Shown: positions 22,524-33,509, counted from the first letter of the stretch. The stretch: 64,000 nt of DNA from Histomonas meleagridis 2922-C6/04-290x (GCA_020184695.1 JAANOX010000200.1:23557-87556); one strand, 5' to 3'. Numbers and translations: made by a program. Notes: generated by a model not told the origin, from the letters alone.

Positions 22524-25415
22524 ATGTCTGAAAACACCATGAAAAACTCAAAAGATGATATCAAATCACAGAGCATCGAAGTCAAATTACTAACGAAGCT
22601 TGAACGAATCATTTTTAATTTAAATAAAGAAAATTTTGATTTATCAATTGAAAAAACAATGAAATTATTTGACCTAAATTTTCCATATACATATAATTCA
22701 AATATTTGCATTTTAGTTTATAGTGCATTTTATTCAAAGAAAAATGAGAATGATATTTATATTGATTATCTAGAAACTATTCAAACAAAAGAAGAAGAAC
22801 TCAATCAAGATAATCCTAAAATTATAGAAATGTTCAAAGATTATATAAGTAAAATTAATTCACAAGAATCATATTATTTAATTGAACAAATGATTGAACG
22901 AAATTTAATTGATAAAAGCATTACTGCAAAACTTGCAAAACTTTCAAACTATTTTTCGCACTATAAAACAGAAGGATGCCGCCAGGAAAATTATAGATGG
23001 AATTATAGTGTAACTGAACTTGAGTTTAAAAGAAATTATGAAGAACTTTCAAAGAATGATTGGGAACTTCATAAAAAATATGTTAAAGAAGGACATAATC
23101 CAAATGAAATTGCAAAAATCATTCGAAATGACGAAATAGAAAAACTTCAAGAAATATCATCACAAACAAATTTTAATTTTAATCAAACTATTAAACCATC
23201 ACTTTATGAAAGATGTTCATTTATTAATAATGGTGAAGTTCCATTAATTGATTATGCAGCATTTTTTGGATCTGTTAAATGTTTTAAATTTTTACTTATG
23301 AATAATGCAAACATAAATGATACAGGAAAATATGCAGTTGCAGGTGGAAATGAAGAAATCATTCATTTATGTGAACAAAATCATTCATCATTTGAATATG
23401 CATATGGAATCGCAATTAAATTTCATCAAAATAATATTTTTAAATATATTTATGAAAATAAAATAGAAAAATTGTATGGATTTGAAGATAATATTATTAG
23501 ACGTTTTGTTCATTGGGGTGGCAAATTTAATACTTTTTCATCTGATATAGTACAAAAAGATATCAATAGTTTGGGATCTTTGTGTATTACAAATGGAAGT
23601 TACGAGATTTTTTTGTTTTTAGAAAACTCTTTAGATCTAAAAATTAATCAGGATTTGATTGATAAAGCTGCTAAAATTGGGAACTTATATCTTGTTAAAT
23701 ATTTTCTGCAAAAGAATCAAATTCCAAAAGATATTTTGCTTAAATCTATAAAATCAAAAAATATTGAACTTGTTAAATATATTTTAGAACAAAATGCAAT
23801 TGATATTAATGAAAAAGATTTTTATTTGTTGTATTTGATATTTGTTTTAACGATTTTCTATTTCAAAATAATATTTGGAAATTATTTAAATTTTTTAAAA
23901 CAGCACTTATGAAAGCATCTAAAAGTGGTTCTATGGAAATAGTTAAATTACTTCTTGAACAAGAAGGAATTGATATAAATGCTAAAGATATTAATTAGTT
24001 TTTTTTAATATTTATTTTAACGATTTTATATTTCAAAATAATATTTGGAAATTATGTAAAATATTTTGGACAGCATTTAAGCTGGCGCTTGATAATTGTC
24101 ATGGCGATATTGCGAAATTACTTCAAGAACAAGGAACTGATATCATTTCTAAAGATATTTGTTTGTTTCATTTGATATTTATATGAAAAGTTTATGATTT
24201 CATTTTAATATTTGGAAATTATTTAATTTTATTTGTACAGAACTAATGAAAGCATCTGAATATGGTAATATAGAATTAGTGAAAATGCTTCTTGAACAAG
24301 AAGGAACTAATGTTAATGATAAAGATATTTATTTGTTTTAATTGATATTTATTTTAATATTTTGAAATTTTAAATTTATATTTGGAAATTGTTTTAAATG
24401 TTTTGGACAGCACTTATGTATGCAACAGAAAATGAACAAATAGAAATAGTTGAATTACTTCTTGAACAAGAAGGAATTGATATTAATGCTAAAGATATTT
24501 ATTAATATTATTTGTTGTTGTTTTTATTAACTTGATATTTCAATTTAAAAATTGGGATATGTTCAAATTATTTAAAACAGTTCTTATGATTGCATCCGAG
24601 AAAGGAAACATTGAAATTGTGGAATTACTTCTTGATCAAGAAGGAATTGATGTTAATGCTCAAGATATTTATTTGTTTTAAATGATATTTATTTTATTTC
24701 TTTGATATTTTAAAATAATAATTGGGAATTATTAAAAATATTTTGGACGGCACTTATCTTAGCATCTTTAGAGGGACTTGATGATATTGTTGAATTACTT
24801 CTTGAACAAGAAGGAATTAATATTAATGCTAAAAATATTTATTTATTTTATTAAAAGTTTATTTTAACAATTTTGGATTTCAAAATAATATTTGGAAATT
24901 ATTTAAATTATTTGAAACGGCACTTATCTTAGCATCTAAATATGGTAATCGTAAAGTGGTTGAATTACTTCTTATGCAAGAAGGAATTGACATTAATGCT
25001 AAAGATACATATTTATTATATTTCAAATATATTTTAGTATTTTAATATTTCAAAAATAATTTTGAAGATCATTTAAATAATTTGAAACCTCTATTCTCGA
25101 AGCTGCCGAAAATTGTCATACAGAAATAGTTAAATTGCTTCTTGATCAAGAAGGAATTGATATTAATGAAGATATTTATTTATTTTATTTGGTATTTGTT
25201 TTAATGATTTTATATTTCAAAATTTTGTTTGGAAATTATTTAAATTATTTTGGACAGCAAAACCAAAGTTTATAACATTTCCATATGAAAAAAGACATAA
25301 TGAAATAGTTCAATTAATTACTGAAAAAATCTCTAAGAAAAATTCTGATGATATTGTTCCAACGAACGAAAATAACTCAATGTCTTCAACCGAAATCCAA
25401 AATAATAATCTTTGA
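22524..25415 (+). CDS. DUF3447-type ankyrin-repeat gene B with nine frame-breaking 80-nt spacers
   Basis: Continuous ORF from 22524, then modules starting at 23900, 24070, 24237, 24407, 24577, 24747, 24917, 25087 and a terminal module 25254-25415 ending in TGA. Confidence 0.85.
23820..25253 (+). repeat. Array B: nine spacers, all exactly 80 nt, 170-nt period
   Basis: 23820-23899, 23990-24069, 24157-24236, 24327-24406, 24497-24576, 24667-24746, 24837-24916, 25007-25086, 25174-25253. Confidence 0.95.
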
Positions 25416-26095
25416 TTGAAAAAATTTCATCAGAAAAATATGGATCACAAAAATGTTTCTTGTTTGAAACAAATTGACACAAGTACACAAACAAATAATA
25501 TTATTAACTTGCCAAAATATATTCATATAAATTTATGCTAAAAAGTCTGAAGAACTTCCACTATTAAGGAAAAGTTTTTTGAAAAATGAAATTAATAAAC
25601 ATTGCTCAAGTTTTTATATTTTGTTCGGCTGTGCAATAAACATTGCAATTTCTAGAAATACCTTTTGTATTAAATGGTAAAGCAAAGTAGTGTAAGGAAA
25701 AAAACCAAAAAATGAACCTTGTTCTTAAAAAAATCGAGCCAATTTTTTTTATGTTACAGAGGTACCTTAATAAATATAATTTTGTATATTATTTCAAAAA
25801 AATTGAATTCGCAAATTCTCAATATTGTTTTTATATAATAAAATTTTACTCTATGTTTAATTTTTTTTTCATTTGATATTATTTCGATTGGTTATAAAAA
25901 ATTCCACAATTGTAGTATTTTAGAATTTGAAGTACCATTAAATAGAATATAATCAATATTTTGTTTTTTTATCATAGTTTTATCAATTTTTTTCGTACAA
26001 TCGAGAATTTTTTTTTTCTAAATAATTTCAATGTAAATGTAAATACAGATTGATAACGTTAAAGACGTTAAATAAGTTCACCAATTGAACAAAAA

Positions 26096-26824
26096 ATGGA
26101 AGTCGAAGCATCACATGCAGCTGTCTCAGCAATTGCAGCTCTTCAAGAACGAATTCGTGAACTTGAATTAGAGCAAGAAGAATTAAAAGAAGAACGAGCA
26201 AAGCTTTTAAATATTTTAGATGAAAGAGATAACATGCATTCAATGAGAGAGGAAGCGCTAAATAAAGCAACTGAAAAAGCCAACCAAATGATTGCCAACA
26301 TTACAGAAACAATGGATAAAGTACAATATTTCAGAGAAGAAAATAAAAATTTAAGAAAGCAAATTGCACAATCAAAAGAAGCGTTGACCAAATCAAGCCC
26401 AAAGCAAACATCTCCCAGGTGTTCTAATACAAAACTTAAGGCAGATCTTAAGCAAATTAAGCAACGCTTATCAGATTATGAATGCATCTTAGGCGAAATA
26501 TTAACAACACACCCAAATATGGCAACACTTTCTCATGAAGATTTAGTGGTTATTTCTCGTGAAACAAATCAGAAAAATTTATCATCGAAGATCAACAAAA
26601 TTTATCAATCTCTCAATCAACTTCCTAAATCTTTTTCAAGACAGAAAAATGAAACAAAACGTTTAACACTTCGAACTCTACGTAAGGCTATGTATGCTAT
26701 ATCTGAAATGAGTTTGAAGATCGAGGAGCTTGAAAAGCAAATAAATAGAGAAGCAGAGATACAGAAACTGAATATTCAGATCAAAATATTGTCCAACGAA
26801 ATTACTAAGTTTAGAATTGGATAA
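26096..26824 (+). CDS. Coiled-coil protein
   Basis: 242-aa ORF; AIAALQERIRELELEQEELKEER heptads. Confidence 0.7.
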   Translation: MEVEASHAAVSAIAALQERIRELELEQEELKEERAKLLNILDERDNMHSMREEALNKATEKANQMIANITETMDKVQYFREENKNLRKQIAQSKEALTKSSPKQTSPRCSNTKLKADLKQIKQRLSDYECILGEILTTHPNMATLSHEDLVVISRETNQKNLSSKINKIYQSLNQLPKSFSRQKNETKRLTLRTLRKAMYAISEMSLKIEELEKQINREAEIQKLNIQIKILSNEITKFRIG

Positions 26825-27370
26825 CTTTGTTTTTGAAATTTAGTTTTTAAAATAAAATACAACATTAAGGATCTGTGATAATAGATATTAATCCAGATTG
26901 TTATTGCTGGACCTCAACTTAGCGTTGGAGCACGATTGGAAATTCAATGGTTTATGGAATACCAGAAAAAGTATTATCGGCATATAGAAAGTTCAATTTG
27001 ATGTCTGGAACCGATAAGTGACAACGTTAAACGTTTTAAATCACAAAAGTGTCAAAAAATAATCAATTAAAAAAGTTGAAATTTGTGTAAATCAGAGAGA
27101 TGTTTATTGGGAAAGAAAAATCATGATTTTATAAAATTAAATTAAATCAGCGCTTAAGTAAAAAGCTCTTAAATGTAATTAAAGCAATTTTCAAAAAAAA
27201 ATATGTCATTTGAAAACTTGATTCCGAAATATGACATATACGATAACCAAATCTAAAAAAAAGCTCCAATTCAATATTAATTTATTGGTTCGAACCAAAG
27301 CGCAATGACACGCTTCAAATCCTTGGAATATTTTGTGACATATATATTATGGTATAGTTCTAAATTTGTT

Positions 27371-28582
27371 CTAGATTTCGTACTGCCAGCAGCACACGAG
27401 CCCATCCCCGGAGCACGTCAAAAACGAATGATCCTTTGGATGATGCTTAATCTGAAAAACGGTATTTTGATGATGTTTTGCGGTGAATAACAACTCACCT
27501 TTTTCGTCATCCCATGCTTTAAAGCTTTCGTCCTTTGAGCCCGAGAATATAATATTTTGTAGGGGAGAATGACAAATCGAAAGAACAGTATCTTCGTGAC
27601 CGTTTAAGATATGGATACACGACGGTTTTTGATCGTCGACCTTCCAAATTTTGATGTTTTTGTCGGCAGATGATGTCGCCAAATTACCTGTGAGAGGCGA
27701 CATCGAAATGTCGTAGAGGAACTGATCATGTGCTTCGAATATAGTGATTGGATTCTTAAAATCTGAATCATACATTCCGACTTTTCCATCAAGAAATCCA
27801 ACGAAAATAACCGACTCGTCTATGCTAGAAGCAAGAGAGACGATTTTTCCATGTGAATTACTTTTGGCTGTTTGAATTTCATCTGGTCTATGTTTTATTG
27901 TTTGTATTAATTCCATCTTTTCTAGATTCCATATGCATAAGTATCCATCATTTCCGCCTGAAATTAGGATAGGACGATTCAATAAGAAAAGAAATGAAAA
28001 TATTTGACCAACATGTCCACTTAATAAAATTGGTTCAAACTTGGACTCTGGTGAAAGTACCATGATTGTGCCTTTTGTGTAACTCAAAGCGAGATATTTT
28101 GAATCTTTTGAAAATTGAACAACTTTTGAATAAGATTCACGCTTTGGGAAGTCATTTGGGATAGGCCAATTGCTCAATAGAGCACCATCTTGGTATCTCA
28201 TCATGAATACTGTTTGGCTGTCAGAATATGCAAAGTATTTCCCATCATTTGAGATTGACAATGAGCATACTATGTCATTAAGCCTTATTGAATATCCAAG
28301 ATTGACTTTTGGCTTTCGCTTCAAATCATTATTTGGAATAATTACAAGATTTTTTTGTATTTCATCATCGCCTTTATCAAGTATAACGATGTTTGTTGGT
28401 ACCGAGTCTGCTATGGGAGGGGTTTGTAAGTAGCAATCAAGAGGATTTTTAATTTTATCGTAAACATCTTGAAGAATTTTAGAGTTCTCACCAGGTATGA
28501 ATTCTCTGGTTGCCACCATAGGGCCTGCTGGAGAATTACTGCTGTTGGACTGTTCAGACTTTGGACCCTCTTTTCCGTCCAT
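27371..28582 (-). CDS. WD40-repeat protein (Tup1-like arrangement)
   Basis: GHVGQI..LISGGNDGYLCIWN, LATSSADKNIKIWK, GHEDTV..FSGSKDESFKAWD. Confidence 0.85.
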   Translation of the reverse strand: MDGKEGPKSEQSNSSNSPAGPMVATREFIPGENSKILQDVYDKIKNPLDCYLQTPPIADSVPTNIVILDKGDDEIQKNLVIIPNNDLKRKPKVNLGYSIRLNDIVCSLSISNDGKYFAYSDSQTVFMMRYQDGALLSNWPIPNDFPKRESYSKVVQFSKDSKYLALSYTKGTIMVLSPESKFEPILLSGHVGQIFSFLFLLNRPILISGGNDGYLCIWNLEKMELIQTIKHRPDEIQTAKSNSHGKIVSLASSIDESVIFVGFLDGKVGMYDSDFKNPITIFEAHDQFLYDISMSPLTGNLATSSADKNIKIWKVDDQKPSCIHILNGHEDTVLSICHSPLQNIIFSGSKDESFKAWDDEKGELLFTAKHHQNTVFQIKHHPKDHSFLTCSGDGLVCCWQYEI

Positions 28583-29668
28583 CAGTTCTGTTGGCTAGTT
28601 TGGACCAGGATTGAAAAAGTTAAAGAACCCAGAAATCAAATCAAGGAATGTAAACTTGTGAATTCGAGTGATAAGGTACAAACCAACAAAAAATTTAACT
28701 TTTTCATAGCTGTGTTGCGGTAACGGCTACGACATTAAATCAAGGAACAAAAGGGACGATCGACCTTACTGATGAATGTGTATTGAAAATTTGAAATGTT
28801 TATGACTTGATAATTCAAATCGGGAGCAGTTTTTGATTCCGTTGGTTTTCGGTTCGTTGGTGGTTTTTGATAAAAACCGTACAATTTTGTTCGCAAAATT
28901 GTGGGTTTCAGAAAACTTATCGTTTTTTATGATGGGAGATTCAGAAACTTCAAATGTTTACCAATCCGAATCTTCCGAGTGCTGACCAATCTTTTTCAGC
29001 AAAATCTTGACATTAAAAAATTACCATAGACACCAAAGTTGCGATTTATAGAGTGAAATTATTATTATTTTTATATTGATTATTTTAAATTTCTAAAAAA
29101 TATTATGAGCATGGAAATTACCAATTAAAAACAATATGTAAATCATTTACGCATGAAAATAATATCTAGAAAAATATATGAAAATCATCATTTTCAATTA
29201 CATTAACTCAGATAAAAAAAACTGAATATGTTATAATACATCATACGTCTTTTGCAAAGCAAGTGTATAGCATGAGAAGAAATATGAGAATTTTGAAATT
29301 GTATAAATGATTGTTGAACTTTTTATTTCTTATTAAAAGAATTTCCACCATTTTTCAACCCATTGGGTGGTCTGTTTTAACTTGAATTTACCATAAATAT
29401 TTTGATATTGAAAATTCATGCATGATGGATTATTCCCCATCGTTTTTCTATTCGAAGTATTAAGTACAAATCGATGAATACTTGAAGATAAAACCACCAA
29501 CATCTTAATATTGATGATTTAATCTATCATTTGGCTGTTTTTAAATTTTGGTCATTGTCGAAGTATTCAAATTTAAAATTGAATAGTTTACATTATGTTC
29601 CGGGCACTTTTTAAAGGCGATTTTTCCTCACAAATTAAAGAATTTGAACATTCTTTTTACAAGTAAGG

Positions 29669-32377
29669 ATGGAATTTGAAGAAATCCACTTCAACGAAGG
29701 TGATACCACATTAGTAGAATATGAAGAAAAATATTGGCAACTTCGTGAAACAAGAAAAGTTGAATTTTTCCCTGGCGAATTAACTACGGTATCCTTAATT
29801 TCAGTTGAAGATCCAGACCTTAAAACTTATCTTAATAATTTGGCTGTTGATCCGATAATTTCACTTGATTTGGAATGGGATGAAGAACTTTGTCTTTTTC
29901 AATTTTGTTCTTCTTCTGGAGTCTTAATTATTCGCCATCCAAATGGCCCAGGAAATCAAATTCTAAAGGAGTTTCTCTCCACTCACAAATTTTATGCTAA
30001 AGGGGCAGGTAATGATAAAAAGCAATTAGATATGAAATTTGGTGAAACATTTACAGAAAACATAGAAGATATATCTGTCACTCGTCTTGTTCCTTACCAT
30101 TATTCAGAGAACTTCATGGATATGACAGTTCAATTTGCAGGAGTTCCCACAGCAATTTTTAAAGAATTAAAAATTACGAAATCACATTGGTCACAAGAAG
30201 TTCTCACCATTCGTCAAGTTTTATATGCTGCATTTGATGTTGTTTCCTTATTTAAATGTTATCCCAATTTTCCTGCACCAAAAATCAAAAATAAACCCAA
30301 CAAGCCTACGAAACCACGTGAGCATAAACCAGCCCCTCCTCCTGGCGTTCCAATTAATACAAAGAAAACCAAAGAGAAGAAGCAGAAGAAAAAGGAGCCC
30401 CCCACTGTTGAAAAAGTGGACTTTGTTCAGAATTATCGTATTAACCGCTATTGTTACCTTGTCAAGAATTACAAAGGTTCGTTACTTCGGAAAGATCTCC
30501 ACAAATATGTAGGCCAATCCGACGAAAACATTGAATTCATCTCTTATTTTCCAAATGGCGATGGAACATATCAGTTATATATTTCACTTCTCAAAGAAAT
30601 TGACCCTTCAGATGAAATAATACATCTTCCATATGTTGATCCTAACCAATTTAATGATAATGATATTCTTTATATTAAAGATATACCATCACGTGTATCA
30701 TCACGTGATCAAATTGAAAAATTTCTTTATTTATTCGAACGCGATCATAACCTTTATTTCCGTGAAAACTTCATCATGATCGAATTCACATCTGCTACCT
30801 CACCACATGTATTATCCTGTTTTCTTCCATACATTACAATTGACAATGAACAAATGAAAGTATATACATTTCCATATTTCCTCAATGCTGTCTTTGCCAT
30901 TAATCTTCCATCAACGGCAGACGAAGCATATGTTCGAAATCTTTTTTCACCATTTGGGCCCGTTAAATGTGTCACTTTTCCTTTGATGCGGGATGAAACC
31001 GTTCCGAAATCAGTGGCGGTTTTTTATGCGAGTGAAGATTCACCTGACAAAGCGATCACGAATCTCAACTTTAAAGAGATTGATGGTAATGAAGTATATG
31101 TATCTCGATATACTAAAGGATTACAACTTCGAACCATGCGAAATTATCAACTATATTATGAAACAAAAGAAAGTAGTCGCGAAATATATGAAAAGTTTTC
31201 AAGTTATGGACCAATACATTTTGCATATTACGACAAAAAGGTTGGGATAGGAGTTGTCCAATTTTATCATATGTCTGATGCATTTAAAGCTATGGATAAC
31301 ACTACCGCTTATATGAGGAAAGAAGGAACAACGATAATAATGAGAGAAGTTTCTTGTGCATTCCCCGATGAAGAAGTGATTGAAATGTGTGAGAAATATG
31401 GGAAAGTTTTGAGTTTCTTCGTGAGATTAGTAATCCCAAGATTTCGATATCAAGTCTTGGAGGTTACCTTCACTACACCTGAGGCGGCTTCAAGCGCAAA
31501 AGCTGAGTTGGATCACATGGTATTGGATTCGATTCCAATCAATGTATCGCTGATGAAAGGGAATGGAAATGAGGTGTCAATATGGAAAATGGAGTATAGG
31601 TTTAAGTGGATAGCTGTGGATAAGGTAATGGATGAGGTTGAGATCTTGGAGAAGTTCCAAAAGTTTGGAGATATTATCGATTTTAACGTTAATTCGGAAA
31701 AAACTTTTGTGATGTTTGCTACTGACCAACAGGCTATAGAGGCAACCAATCAAACTGGTTACCAAATGCCTACAATCCATGAATATGCATATTTCACACA
31801 TAATAATTATTTGCAAACAAAGTTCATCAAACCTCACTTGTCTACCTTCACAGAATCAGAGGAGAAGAAGGCAATAGTGATGGATCCTGTCCCTGACTCC
31901 TTCACAAAGAAGGATTTGGAGGCGATTTGTCCAGGCTGCTTTTACGATAGTTTGGTAACCGCTTCAACCGTTGACGGTTGCTCTGAAAAGAGAAGGGTAA
32001 TTATTTACCCTTTCGGGAAGAGGATGCAAAAGAAAACATACGCACTTTTAAGAAGTGCTGTGTTCGACGGTGTATCCTTGAACCCGATGATAATGAATCA
32101 AAAAGAAATTCCAAAGTTAAGTGATGTTTCACCAATGACAATTAATGTTGATCCTTTACCAGAAGAATTACAAGGATCAAAACTAAGAACAAACGTTCTG
32201 ATGGATAAAGAAGCGATTGTGGATATCCTTCCATCAATAACAGAAATTGGACAAAAAATGGCTGTCGTTATGCCAAAGGAAAAAGCTACTTGCAGAACAA
32301 TACTAAGGTCTTTGAGGAGATGGAGAACGCCAATAGGAACAACAATACACGTGGAGAAATTTGATAATGAAAAATAA
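29669..32377 (+). CDS. DEDDy 3'-5' exonuclease (WRN/EXD-like) fused to multiple RRM-like domains
   Basis: ISLDLEW, FYAKGAGND, HWSQEVLTIRQVLYAAFD; RRM-like segments such as YVRNLFSPFGPV and KFSSYGPI..GIGVVQF. Confidence 0.75.
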   Translation: MEFEEIHFNEGDTTLVEYEEKYWQLRETRKVEFFPGELTTVSLISVEDPDLKTYLNNLAVDPIISLDLEWDEELCLFQFCSSSGVLIIRHPNGPGNQILKEFLSTHKFYAKGAGNDKKQLDMKFGETFTENIEDISVTRLVPYHYSENFMDMTVQFAGVPTAIFKELKITKSHWSQEVLTIRQVLYAAFDVVSLFKCYPNFPAPKIKNKPNKPTKPREHKPAPPPGVPINTKKTKEKKQKKKEPPTVEKVDFVQNYRINRYCYLVKNYKGSLLRKDLHKYVGQSDENIEFISYFPNGDGTYQLYISLLKEIDPSDEIIHLPYVDPNQFNDNDILYIKDIPSRVSSRDQIEKFLYLFERDHNLYFRENFIMIEFTSATSPHVLSCFLPYITIDNEQMKVYTFPYFLNAVFAINLPSTADEAYVRNLFSPFGPVKCVTFPLMRDETVPKSVAVFYASEDSPDKAITNLNFKEIDGNEVYVSRYTKGLQLRTMRNYQLYYETKESSREIYEKFSSYGPIHFAYYDKKVGIGVVQFYHMSDAFKAMDNTTAYMRKEGTTIIMREVSCAFPDEEVIEMCEKYGKVLSFFVRLVIPRFRYQVLEVTFTTPEAASSAKAELDHMVLDSIPINVSLMKGNGNEVSIWKMEYRFKWIAVDKVMDEVEILEKFQKFGDIIDFNVNSEKTFVMFATDQQAIEATNQTGYQMPTIHEYAYFTHNNYLQTKFIKPHLSTFTESEEKKAIVMDPVPDSFTKKDLEAICPGCFYDSLVTASTVDGCSEKRRVIIYPFGKRMQKKTYALLRSAVFDGVSLNPMIMNQKEIPKLSDVSPMTINVDPLPEELQGSKLRTNVLMDKEAIVDILPSITEIGQKMAVVMPKEKATCRTILRSLRRWRTPIGTTIHVEKFDNEK

Positions 32378-32660
32378 AATTACATGATATATTAATCTAA
32401 TGTTTTGACTCTTAGGGAATTGCTGTTCATTATTTGAGTAAAAGTTATTTTTGATTTTACTAAATTTTGTATTCTGATTTTTTTAATTGAATTATATATC
32501 ATATTATTCTAAGTAAATTGTTTCAATATAAAATCATGAAATTTCATAATTAATAAATTACTACTTGATATCTTATATACATGTACATAGATATTTGTTG
32601 TGAGTATTTTGAATATTTCTTAAACGGCCACTAGATTTTGGGGTGGTCCTTACATTAAGG

Positions 32661-33509
32661 ATGGAAAAAACATTAATTTGGAAGGAACAGCACTATAAAG
32701 TTGAGTTAGAAAAAAATGCACGTGCAGATGAACTCCTCAAAAAAGCAATTTCTATAACACACTTGAAAGCTAATAGAATCAATATTACTTTTCAAGTAAA
32801 TGGAAAGAGAATTCCTATAGATCAATCAACACTAATTTCTGAAATACCATCTGACGAATTCCTCATTCGTGATTTTGGCCCTCAATTCAGTTACAAAGGA
32901 GTTTTTATTTTGGAATACATTGGTCCATTCTTCATTTGGCCTCTTACAAAAATCTTTCTCAAATCATCACCATCAATGTATTTAACTATTGCTTCTTTGA
33001 TGTGGACATTCCATTTCACTAAACGCTTATTTGAAACAGTGATGGTCCATGTATTTTCACATCCAACGATGCCAATTTTCAACTTGTACAAGAACTGTAC
33101 ATTTTATTGGGGTTTTGCTATCATGATTTCTATAGCTGTTGTCAAGAAATCGTCAAACCCAATCGAACTTGATTATCTTCATTATGCGTCGGTGGTACTT
33201 TTCTTTGTCTTTGAGTTTCTTAATGCTTACTGTCACTTGAAGCTTAGAAGCTTGCGTCCAAAAGGATCAAAAGCATATTATCTTCCAAGAGGATTTCTTT
33301 TCGATAAGATCACTTGTCCAAACTACACAGCTGAGATAGCAGGCTGGTTTTGTTTTGCTGCATTTACACGTGTTTGGATAGCATTTCTATTTCCGATTGT
33401 AGGAGGAGCACAAATGTACATATGGGCAACTAAGAAGAAGGCAAGGCTCGTGAAAGAGTTTCCAGAAGCTGCTCAAAGAGGAAGAATACTCCCATTTAAA
33501 TCTCTCTAA
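32661..33509 (+). CDS. Very-long-chain enoyl-CoA reductase (TECR/TSC13, steroid 5-alpha-reductase family)
   Basis: RDFGPQFSYKGVFILEYIGP, KRLFETVMVHVFSHPTMP, TCPNYTAEI. Confidence 0.88.
   Translation: MEKTLIWKEQHYKVELEKNARADELLKKAISITHLKANRINITFQVNGKRIPIDQSTLISEIPSDEFLIRDFGPQFSYKGVFILEYIGPFFIWPLTKIFLKSSPSMYLTIASLMWTFHFTKRLFETVMVHVFSHPTMPIFNLYKNCTFYWGFAIMISIAVVKKSSNPIELDYLHYASVVLFFVFEFLNAYCHLKLRSLRPKGSKAYYLPRGFLFDKITCPNYTAEIAGWFCFAAFTRVWIAFLFPIVGGAQMYIWATKKKARLVKEFPEAAQRGRILPFKSL

Noticed and set aside
23820-25253. CRISPR array interpretation of the regular 170-nt repeat
   Set aside because: The variable units are in-frame ankyrin coding modules, the context is eukaryotic, and no cas genes are present
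23820-25253. Canonical GT-AG spliceosomal introns using the ACAG of Thr-Ala as 3' site
   Set aside because: No conserved GT at the 5' end; the AG is absent where the module starts ACGG or ACCT; no ACTAAC branch motif
23820-25253. U12-type AT-AC introns (GAT|AT ... AC|A)
   Set aside because: Neither AT register restores the frame; there is no ATATCCT 5' motif; the AC is explained by the Thr codon
23820-25253. Stop-codon reassignment as the explanation for the spacers
   Set aside because: Recoding cannot fix a 2-nt frameshift, and normal genes here end in TAA, TGA or TAG
23820-25253. Excision between ATTT/TATTT direct repeats, or classical matched take-off/landing codon bypass
   Set aside because: Deletion between those microhomologies leaves the join out of frame, and no codon pair matches consistently across spacers; unmatched bypassing is not excluded
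26890-27000. Short open stretch IQIVIAGPQLSVGARLEIQWFMEY
   Set aside because: No start context and no family recognised
27280-27300. GGTTCGAACC resembling a tRNA T-arm
   Set aside because: No acceptor, D or anticodon stems can be formed around it
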